A stretch of 64,000 nucleotides of DNA from Girardia tigrina (Eukaryota): NCBI GenBank assembly GCA_001938485.1, contig MQRK01229935.1:12615-76614 (forward strand), read 5' to 3'. Both the position numbers and the translations under genes were made by a program. The notes under the pieces were generated by a model. It searched no databases, had not been told where the DNA came from, and was given only the letters and a program-made list of their open reading frames with translations. Positions 53,311 through 64,000 of the stretch are shown in pieces; the stretch's first letter is position 1, and each line of letters starts with the position of its first letter.

Positions 53311-54615
53311 ACGGGTGCGCAGGCAAAATCTGGACAAATTTTAAACCACCATTGTGAAAAGACGAAATAAAATTTCCAGAAGCTGTTTATATTTTATTGA
53401 AGGGCAAGATGTATGGAACAAAAAATGTTTACAGAATAATTGAAAGTGGTCCGTCTCTATTCACAGCAGGAAGGCGTTTCTTAATTCCTTTGAAGTCCTT
53501 CCGCAACGTGGACTGATCCATTGTTTTGAACATTTTCTTAATCCGTTGCTGTAGTTGAGGGATTGTTTGAGCCTCCTGGCCTCCCTCATATACTTTTGCC
53601 TTTAGAGCGCCCCAAAAGTTCTCAATGGGACGGCAGTGTGGGACGTTGGGAGGATTACACTCCTTGTCAACAAAGGAGATGTTGAGATGATGGAGAAGTT
53701 TGAGAGTGCTGTTAGCATTATGTGCAGAAGCCAGGTCCGGTCAGAAGAGAATTTCGTCCTCTCGATAATATTTCTTGATAAACTTCATCAGATCTTGTCT
53801 CATGCACTGCTCTTGATAGAAATCGGCATGTAGACTGTTTGACCTCTGCAAAAATATAGGATCACTGAAGTGCTCTGGGGAGACACAAAGCCAAACCATC
53901 AGCTGAACAGGGTACTTTCTTTCTGTTCTATATTTGACGTGTTCACGAGCAGATTGAGGATTCGAAGTAAAGTAGTGATCATTTCCTGGTAGATAATCAC
54001 ATTTCAACTTAAAGTAGCTCTCATCGTCCATGATGATTTTTTTATCACTCAAACTTCGGAGTAATTTTCCTGCTCTCAGCTTCAATCGCTTTACTTGCTC
54101 CTGTGTGTACTGGGGAGCCTTCTTTCTCTTTCGGCATTTTAGACCACCTTCCTTGATAATATTCATCATCGTCGTAGCACAGACACAATACTTGCTGGCT
54201 TCACGTCTGAGAGATACACCACGCATTGTTTGAATCCATCTCCGAATACTTGCGCGCTGTTTATTTGTTAACTTTTTTATTGTGGCCTCCACTTCCTGGC
54301 TTCCTGTGCACATTTGAACTCTGGGAGAGGTTTGAGAGAGGCGTATAGATGGTAGACCGCGCACAACCTTCATTCACAAAGTGGTTTACAGTGAAGGCTT
54401 TTCCTTTCAAAAAAAAAGTTGCGAACTCTCTCACGGAGCTGTTGCTCTGTCACGTTTTTTCTGAGAAAATGAATGCCGAGAGAATGACGAAATATTATGC
54501 AAGAAACCCCCTGCCCAATGTGATACATGCTGCAATTTGATTGGATGTTCCATTTATTTTTAATTTACTGATAGTATGCATTTTTCATATGTCCAGATTT
54601 TGCCTGCGCACCCGT
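53311..54615 (-). mobile_element. Full-length DD37E (IS630-Tc1-mariner superfamily) transposon, transposase disrupted
   Basis: TA duplication; perfect 26-bp TIR ACGGGTGCGCAGGCAAAATCTGGACA; MDDESYF...F*PDLASAH...NPPNVPHCRPIE with 37 residues between the second D and the E. Confidence 0.93.
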
Positions 54616-56540
54616 TATTCAGCGTTTTTGAGGTTGTTGTAATCTCTCCAACAATTGATGACCACCGTATTGTTTGATCTTACATGTTTTACGACAAATT
54701 TTTACGTTAAACGTCAATCTTAATCATTCCAACAAACCACAATCATCAAATCTCGAACTGTAGTTCTGTTTTCTACAGAAAATCTTTGCTTCGTCAATCT
54801 CTATTATTTTGTCGTTGCTATCAACACGTGAATCGCATTTCATGGATAATGTCCTCTTATTTAATATTGTTCACGTTGAACATTATTTTTTACCATAATC
54901 AAATTTACCACCACGACTTTTGATATTACTGTGGGTTCTAGTTACGTTTTCTGAATATAATTTGAAGTGTCCCACTCTGGAAACGATCGGTCATCTAGTA
55001 TTAAACTGATTTGATGCCATGTTCTTTTTGGACATCAATTTAATCAAATACATAGATGCACTTTTTTATTTTAAATTATCACATAATATTAAATTTATTC
55101 ATATTAAGTTGAAAAAAACACTATGTAAGACTATTTGGTATATACTTAAGTACATATATATGGTCAATAAGAACTAAATATTCATAAAAATCGTCTGGGA
55201 GTTACACTTATAACAAGGTTTTAAATCATTTTGTTTGATGACTGTTAAAAAGGCTTTAATTTAAAAATTAAATATAACTGAAACATAGCTTTAGTCGAAT
55301 CTTCATAACAAAGGTTGACGAAAATTTTTTTGTAGTCTGAAAACGAAGGTTTGTTGAAGAAGACATCATTAACCCTTCTCTATTGCTTTAAGCAGATATT
55401 AAATTAAAATAATAAAATTTAAATAAGTATTAAAAATTAATAACGTATAGGTATCACTTTTTTTGTGGGGCGATTGGTCTCCAATGCATAAATCACAAAC
55501 AAGTGATATTGAATACATTCTGATGTTGGCATTCGTCATCCATTTGAACTGCGAGCCAGTCATGAATAAAAATTAAACTAATAGATATTTGAAAAAAGAG
55601 GAAATGTTCTTTTGAATGAGAACAAAAATTTTTATTAGTTACAACAAAATATATTTTGTTAGTTATCATAAATAATTTATATAGTCATTTTAGTATAAAT
55701 ATGTATTAATATGTATAAATATCTTTATGAAAATCAATTTTCTTTTTAGATAATTATTGTTGTGTTGTTCAAAAAATGCTTATTTATTTTTGAATTCAAA
55801 TATGTGCTTATTTTTATGCATGTTAAATGAATTTGTTAATTATAAAAATTGTTTATTTTTATGACTGTTGTTATTATTTAGAAAACATGTAAATTTTTAC
55901 ACTTTTGTTTTTTTATATGGAAAAAAATATATATTGTTTAAAATATATGAAAAAACGGTAATGCAGTATATAATTATTAAATCAATAAAAAAATATTTAG
56001 TCGTTATCGTTATTTAGTCGTTAATATTTATTTACCGCTTTATCTAAAACGATATCGAAAACGATCACAATTATAATTCTTGTATTTTGCTTTTTAAAGG
56101 TGGTCACTACAATGGGAATAGTTTTCTTAATATTATTATTGCTTTGCAATAATTCTTTAGAAAATATTTTTAAATATACAGCGAAATTTAACATTATAAG
56201 AAAATTTATGACATTTGAAACCAAATTTTATAATGCAATTCGCATATGTAAAGTTACTGAAGTATTCGAAGAATGCCAGGCCTTCAGTTAAATCTGCATT
56301 TTAAAAGAAATTAGTCCTAGCGTGAGTTCTTTTGCAGACGCTATACGTCAGCAAATAGAAACATATGGCTCAAGAAAAAGAATTCTTTTTCATATAATAA
56401 AAATATAATATTCAACTCATTGTTTGGCTGACTTTACATTTTATCTGTCAAGAAAATTTTTCTTTTGTAAGTATTAAATTTCATTTTTGGTTGATTATCA
56501 AAATAAAATTAGTCTTGAAATTTACTGAATTTTAAAATTA

Positions 56541-57130
56541 TTAGGGTGAACCAAAAGTCTTTTCGCATTTTTTATTAAGAATTTAAACATAATTTTACAA
56601 CAAATAAAAAACATTTAAGTTTCAAAGTAAAGACCATTTGAATCTATAGCTTCAACCCATCTATGGGCAAGTTGTGCGATCCCGCTGCGGTACCAACCCT
56701 TTTTCTGAGAAGCGAAGAACTGGTCACACACGTTTTCGACCTCGGCCAGATTATTGAAGCTGCGACCACGAAGAAAGTATGCCATAGAGCGGAAAAGGTG
56801 ATAGTCGGATGGCGCAAGATCCAGACTATACGCTGGGTGTAGAAGAAGTTAAAAGGCGTCCAGATTTTTGATTTTTTCCTTTGTTTGTTTTGGTGGTGTG
56901 CGGTTTTGCATTGTCCTGCCCCCTCGCCTTCAAGGTATATAGACTAAGCAAAGAGGAAAGAAATCACTGGTATCAATGCCGGTTTTTCCATTTTGATCCA
57001 ACAGATAAATATCGACTGGAGCTCCAGACATTGTTCTATTTACTTTCTCTCGTCACCGATACCACAGCATATACTTGATCTGCCACATTTGACTCATTCA
57101 GCAACTCTTAGCAATTAACCGCACCTTGAA
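56541..57130 (-). mobile_element. Mariner 3' fragment
   Basis: TIR-like TTAGGGTGAACCAAAAG and HPAYSLDLAPSDYHLFRSM on the minus strand. Confidence 0.85.
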
Positions 57131-58199
57131 CGGTTGCTTTGTGCTCCTTATCACCGGCTGTCGAGATTAGTTCGTTTGATGGTACCAGTTTGACGCCGTG
57201 TACTGTTATTTTTAACCGAAAAGCCAACTTCTAATTCAACATTCAAAATGATTATTTAGCCCTAGCATTATCAGTTCCCCCACATTTATTACTACAGAAA
57301 AGTTAAAACTTATCCCAAGACCCTAAATTCATGCGTTCCTTCGCCGATCATTTTTTGAATCGTCTAGCATAAGACCCGTGTGGTACCACATTAGGGTCCA
57401 CCCAGAGATTTCCCCCGCACCAAACGATAAACGAAATTCAACGATTGATCCACTGCATTTAGAGAACACAGCTCAAGAGATGAGAGAATGTTTCTAGTAT
57501 ACCGTTCTTCCCGACCTTCTTCATCGCTTCCAAAATCGAATCACCGATCGATCAGCCCTCTTTGGTGGAAATTGTTGCAACTTGCGCGATTTCCTTGGGC
57601 GTCGTCACCGGCTTCGACATTGCTTTCAGACTGGTCGCCACTCTATCGACTGTCACCATAACTCCCCGCTCGAGGGATCACGACCCTAGGGTGTACGACT
57701 TTCCGCCAACCAGCAGCCACCGATTTTCTCCTCAGCGAATGGAATATCATCTTAAAATTGATTGTCACTACTGAGAGAATATCTAATCCCGAAATGAGAA
57801 CCAAATTTCATCATTTATATCGCCCTCTTGGCGTTGCACACTTCCCATATTGATTATTGCTGTGGTAGCTTGAAGCAACAACACAGTGAGCAGCGCCAAG
57901 AACCATTTATATCAAATCTAAAGGTAACACATGTTTCAGTGTATTACAAAAAATAACAATAAATCTTACTTTTAGTGATCGTCTCTATAAGGATTATTTT
58001 CTCTTATATAACAAAACATTATAATTTATATATTTAGTTAAAAAAATAAAACTAATATATAATTATTAATAATAAGCTCATAGCAGTAAAACAGGATATT
58101 TAAAGTAATTTAAATTAAAAATTTTTATATTTTAAAAAGCATTAATATTAATTCATAAATTACTAAAAGCAGACTTCCTTACCGCTTAACGTTTTATTG

Positions 58200-58800
58200 T
58201 AACATTTTGAAATTGAATTGTACGAATTGGTTCTCTCAAAAAAGACTTCAATTCATTTGCTTGTCATACACCACAAAATTATTGATTTCTCTGGAAAGTT
58301 CACAGTCCGGTTTAAACTGTCCGATAATAACAATTCGGTACGTCAAGTCTTAAGAACGATTTTTCATTTTGGCCCAGAAATAATTCAAAATTTAATTTGT
58401 CTGAAAAACGTAACTTATTCCAATCATTTTAGCTCAATTAACTAGGATTATAGGCCCATTCAAATCTTTTTCTTTTGAGTAGGTGTCAGAAAAAGTTTGT
58501 TTTTAACATAATAAAATGTTATGCAATGCTTATATTTCATTAGGAAAATCTCATCTTGTAGAATAGTTTATTGCATGTAGTCGAGGTGGACAAATGGATG
58601 GAGAAGAACAAAAACATTCCTCGTTGATTACTTGAACAGCAGCACGACGATATCGAGTAATTAAAATCTTTAAACACTTTTTATCAGTGGCGGAAGTCAG
58701 CTTTGGTCATCCAGATTTCTTTGGTGATGAATAATTCTGTAGATATTTTGCTTTTTTAATGTATTTTAATGATTACATTTTGACAGCTCGATATTCGAAT
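58200..58800 (-). mobile_element. Tc1-like transposase remnant
   Basis: Degraded G*PKLTSATD and VTFSD blocks. Confidence 0.45.
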
Positions 58801-59471
58801 AATTGTAAATTGAAAATAGGTTAAATAAAGGGATAATTGTATATATTTTTGTAAAATTTGGGATTTGTATTTTTTTAAAACTAGAAATAAGAAAGATATG
58901 TGAAGAAATATTTTTTATGAATTTTAGAATTAATAAATGAAGAATAGTGGTATAGAATATAATGGGATAAAGTAGGCTTGATCCTGCCGAACAAGATTAG
59001 TGGTTCAATCGAAAGGTCTTGCAACAGTTACATCAATCCGATGGTTTTGAATTAAAATAAAATTATAAAAGAAAAAAACAAATACCGCATCTTAATGTAG
59101 GCCGTAAAATAAAATTTTGTATTTGATTGGTTAGCCAATCACGATACAAAAGGGAATTTTTAGACTTTTGTATGTATATAACTATTCTTGAATATGTGAT
59201 ATATTGTATTTATGTATGTACATGTGATGTGATTTGAAGACATTTGTTGTTTTTAAATGCAATGAAATATTTGCACGTGACTGAAATTGTCACAGTTTCA
59301 AGAAAAAATAATCTTTGTGAAACAATGATGTACTGAGAAAAAAGACAATTTCAATAAATGGATTTTGTGTTTCAAAAAATGACTGATGTTATTAGAGCTC
59401 CAATATATGAAATCGAATCTTTTTTTAGAAATAAAAAGTTAAGTGTGCACTTTATCATATTTGATTTATTA

Positions 59472-60153
59472 ATGGAAAATGACCATTTGTATACGACGGA
59501 ATACGCTAAAAGCAACAAATCCAGTTACAAATTGTAAAAATAATATTTCTTGTGAGGAATATTTTTGAATGGTGTTTATTGTGTGTTGTTTGGTATGTTG
59601 TTTTAGGATTGTGTTTCTCCCACCCAGATGGAAGATTGATATTTTAAATATTTTAAAACGTAGAGTTGTTTAAGCAATTATTAAAAGTTAAATAATCACT
59701 TTAAAATTAAACTAATATTTCATAAATAATATTTTAATAATAATTTCTTAAAATAAATAAAAATTATTTTAAATTTCAATTATAAATAATTTTNNNNNNN
59801 NNNNNNNNNNNNNNNNNNNNNNNNNNNNNNNNNNNNNNNNNNNATTTTTGTAATGATTAAATTATATTTTAAATTTGTTTGAATAATAAGACGTTAAAGA
59901 ATATTATTAAAGATTATCAATCAAGAACGATGACGAGCTACGCAAGTTTTACGGAGAATTGTTGTAGTGACAATTCAAATTGTGATAATAATAAATGTAA
60001 AGGAAACTCAATTAATGTTCTTAATATTTCTAAAGCCATATTAAGAATGACAATTATGAATTAGGTGCCCCAATTCGAGGGAAAGATACCGCAATGGTTT
60101 CATTGTGATTGCTTTATTAGAAAACTTAGATTGATAAATGTTCAAGAATTAAA
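59472..60153 (+). pseudogene. PARP1: PARP1 zinc-finger-1 fragment pseudogene interrupted by a solo-LTR-like element
   Basis: After removing 59551-60031: MENDHLYTTEYAKSNKSSYK/CKNNISKAILRMTIMN*VPQFEGKIPQWFHCDCF, colinear with PARP1 YRVEYAKSGRASCKKC...[25 protein letters not shown]; one frameshift and one stop. Confidence 0.85.
59551..60026 (+). mobile_element. Solo-LTR-like element copy E
   Basis: TGTGAGGAAT...TTCTTAATA with 5-bp duplication TTTCT (59546-59550 and 60027-60031); contains an N gap. Confidence 0.82.
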
Positions 60154-60316
60154 AAAAATAATAATTGTAAAAGATACAGAGAGAAAAATTATTAAAAAAA
60201 ATATCCAGAAGCCCGCATTTTCCTGCCCAAGTATTAAGAAAAATATTTTTTTAATTTTAGAATTAATAACAAATAACGAAATTTTAGTTTAAGACTTATT
60301 TAATAATAAATTTTAT

Positions 60317-61950
60317 TGTTGAGGACAGAATGTGTCCTCAATCTACCGAAATAATAAATCCACGAACGAAATAAATTTATTCATTATTAAACAATTTTCT
60401 AACAGTTAATTAAAATCCATAATAATCAATTTCAATAATTTTCCTAATTATTAATTTTAATAACAATAATAAGTAGGGCACTACATAAGCCCCCTGTTAT
60501 AAGTGGAACGTTGCTGTCGAGAAACCTTTTTTAGGAATTATTCTTTTTCGAATTCTTTCTTCTAGTAGACACAGATGTCAATCATTTAATTCTATGTCAG
60601 AGATGAATTGTATTTTTTTCGTTAATTTGAGTTGGCGTGCCCATTAGATCTAGAATGAAAGAATGTTTGGTCATATCTGTTATTTTGTATGGTCCGTTGT
60701 AACCACTGTCTGTTTTGTTTCTGACTAAAACCTTCAAAAATAGGTATGTAGATTGTTTTCGACATCAGTAATAAATATATTCTTTGAATTAGTTTCGTGT
60801 GTAAATTTAAAAGTTTCAAAGTTCGTGATTAATGTTTTTTTTCTGTTTTAATATTGTTATCTTGATGTTCAACATTGTTAGAACAGATTTAGTTGATTTG
60901 ATTTTTAGTCTGATGATTTTCAGTTCTTTCTTTTCGAAATCTCTTTCTATATTGTTTTTGTCCTCATTCATTGGTTCAGTTTCATTTTTTGAATCAGGAA
61001 AATTTTCTTTGTTCATAAGTTGATTATTTTCAATGTTATTTACTGTTATTTATTATTTACTGTTAGGGTATATTTATCTTTGTATTTTATACTTTCATTA
61101 TGGATGGTCTGAACTGTTTTGTTTACCGAAGCTTTTTCTGTTTGAGTTGAAATATTGTGTGACATTATTTGATTTGTCCAAGTTTCCTGGTGTATCCTTG
61201 TTATACCCATTGTTTGATAATGTTGATTTATGAGTGTTTTGGTTGGAGTACTTTCGTTTAGCACTTCCTTGATGGATTGCTTTAGTTGTGAATATTTTTC
61301 TGTTGCTTGTATTTGATTAAACGTTAATTTGGAAGTGTTAATGTGATTGTTTTCTGAATATGTATTGTTTACTTGAATTTCTGTTGATTTTTTTTATTTC
61401 CAAAAAATCTGATTGACTTATTCTGGAGTTCGATTTTGAAAGTACATTTTTTTCATTTTTTGTACATCGAAAAGCAATCTTTCCATTGCATTTAATAAAA
61501 AAATGTATTTTAAGTTTAACTGCGATAGATTATCTGGTTGACCTTGAAATGTGGATAATAATTCTTGGATTAACGGGTTAAAATTTCTTTTCAAAGAATT
61601 TTTCTTTTTCGATGGAGGCATATTCTTCTTTCTTTTTTCTTCTGATGTTGTAACACCCTCTTTCGAGTTTTATCGTCGTCTTTTATCTTTCGATCAATTT
61701 TTGTAAATCTTTAAATTTGAGGTGTGCAAGTGATAAGTCTGATTGTGTACAACGAGTTTTTTTTGTAACTTTACTTTACTTTCGTTTATTTTTGTTTACT
61801 CATTTAATTCTTTCACGCTCGCTTTGTAAATTTTTATTAGTCTATTGTGTTATTCAAATAGTTGTTACTTTTTTGGTGATTTCATACTTTATTTTTTTTA
61901 TTAACATCAGTAAATTGTGAAGGACAAATAGATAGTGGAGAAAATACAAG
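60317..61950 (-). mobile_element. Degenerate Gypsy-like element 3' end with a short LTR
   Basis: Integrase C-terminal GYNGPYKITD (~60675-60705), purine tract AGGGGG, then a TGT...ACA segment at 60485-60317. The upstream boundary is uncertain. Confidence 0.55.
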
Positions 61951-64000
61951 ATTAAATTACTAAAGAATCGAAAGAGAAGATACGATAGAAGACAGATCAA
62001 TGATTTCATGTATTTTTATAGTTAAAAAAAATAAAAAAAAAGCGAAATGATAAGAAAAGACTGAAAAGAAGTAATCATAATTAATCAAAACAAAGCAAGC
62101 AGATTAATTTCAATTATAAAATTCAAATTTAAAAGTGAATTGATTCTTTTAGGAATCAATACGAAAATTATCATAAATAAAAAAATTACTATATAAACTT
62201 ACTTGGCAACCATCAGTTTTCAAACGACTCAATTTATATTTATATTTTTTAATTACTGCCAAGTTTGATTTGATCTCAACATTTTCCAAATCTTTGTCAA
62301 CTGAATATTATCGGTCTGATGAAATTATCGTCGCTTATTCACTAGCTATTTTGTTATTGTATTTTATCGGACATTTGCTAATTCTATTCTGGAGGTTATA
62401 CGAAATAATTATACGTTTATCGTTAAAAATTCACATTATTTATTTTTTATTCATTAATCGAAATTTGGTTTACGGTTACCTCACAAAATAAGTTCATCAA
62501 CTATTGGGTGGATTATTTATTTGATTAACTTGTTTTCACATTTAATATTACATTTTAGTATTTTGCCATTTACCCGTCAGAAATAACGAATCTGGTCGCA
62601 TAGAATTGACTGAATTTGAGAGTGATTAATTTTTTTGTCATAGTTTTTTTTTGTGAGATTAGATCCATTATTTCAACATTTATAAATACTTATAAAGATT
62701 AAAAATATCATATTTATTATTATAATAATTATTATTATTATGATAAAAACCTAACAAAAGAAAAAAAATAAAACATTTTCATTGCAAAAATAGTTATTAA
62801 ATTATATTTAAAAGCTTATTAATTGTAATACCCATTCATTAGTTTGTTCCCAATAATATCAATGTCTTATTTTACTAATACATTTTTACAATGGATTTTT
62901 CATTTATTTCATTTTCCAAATAATTATAATAAAACGTTTTCAAAAAACAATAATTTTCATCTGATTATTTGTTAATTATTTATAATTAATTATTAATTAT
63001 CTTTATTTATTAATTATTATAATTTAATTTTGGGAGCATAAATTAAATTATATAGTATTTCTAATTATTATAATGTTTTTAATAATTATATTTTATTGAT
63101 TGCAAACTTTATCGATAATTCTCTTTTTATGTTTTCAAACATGCGCATATTGTTTTTTGTTTAAATCAACGTTTTTTGGGCTCAAATGGTTTCTAATAAC
63201 ATTTATTTAATCAAAAAATTTGAAAAAAAATATTTTTCAAATTAATTTAAATAATAAATTAATTATTAATTTTAAAAATAGAAATTTATTTGATAGAAAT
63301 AAAGTAAAAAAATCAAAAATGAAAATCTTTTATTGTTCTTTTTTTTATTTTGAATAATCAAACTTTCAATAAATTAAAATTAATAAATTTGTAAAAAAAT
63401 TGAAAAATCAAAATAAACAAGAAATTTTAATTTTAATAAAATAACAAAAAAATAAAAATAAAGATATAAAATTTTAATATTTTTTTTATCTTTTAGAAAT
63501 CAAACATTTGAAAAAGAAATAAAAGTTTCATTGATTGATTTTAACGTTTAATAAATCAAGAAATTTACATGAAAATAATTTTTAAAAAAATTAAAAAAAT
63601 AATTTAAAAGATAAATAATAATAAATTAAATAAAAAAAATAATTAAGAAAGTAAAAAAAATATAATTTTTTAAATGATTGTTTTTTATTTTTTAGAAATT
63701 GAATATTTTAAATAAAAAGTAATTCATTATAAAAAAAGAAGTAAATTTTTCAATTCGTTTATTTTGACGTTTAATAAATCAATAAATTTTCAAATAAATA
63801 TATTTTTAAAAATCAAAAATAAGTAAAAAAAATAATTTAAAAATAAAAACTAATTTATAATTTTTTTAAATTATTATTTTATATTTTTTAGAAATTAAAA
63901 ATTTGAAAAAATGCAATTTATAATAAAAAAAGAAGTAAAATAAATAAAAGAAAATAGAAACCAGAAGTTATATTTGAACTTATTTTCGAATTCAAACAAA

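Noticed and set aside
62192-62210. ATG GTT GCC AA|gtaagt as an upstream first exon of the protocadherin
   Set aside because: Phase 2 does not fit the 52268 acceptor, and the phase-compatible acceptor would delete the signal peptide; the local 22-nt first exon explains the start better.
62700-64000. Possible repeat structure in the extremely AT-rich window end
   Set aside because: Only low-complexity A/T tracts with a loosely repeated ~30-bp motif; no supportable unit or function.

Overview
Very AT-rich animal genomic DNA, probably a freshwater planarian (inferred from composition, the short 63-nt intron, the ADP/ATP carrier type and the transposon repertoire; not verified). The window is dominated by one ~49-kb minus-strand protocadherin gene with 7 cadherin repeats, one TM helix and a C-terminal STFV. 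I reconstruct it from five frame-compatible exons (52353-52332, 52268-49710, 36609-36545, 8412-8358, 4092-3656; 1045 aa), plus a candidate alternative stop-containing exon (4264-4194). A small single-exon neuropeptide prohormone gene (646-831, predicted FYRKPKPF-amide) lies convergent with its 3' end. Introns and flanks are full of decayed transposons: mariner, Tc1, a near-intact DD37E element, pogo, hAT, piggyBac, MULE, Gypsy and Penelope-like elements with hammerhead-ribozyme motifs. The more unusual items are a Tc1-like shell carrying ~850 bp of TCGA/CGAT-saturated foreign-looking DNA, five copies of a TG...TA element with 5-bp target duplications, and three 5'-anchored housekeeping-gene fragments (ADP/ATP carrier, RPS15A, PARP1 zinc finger). 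All calls come from reading the sequence; no database searches were run.
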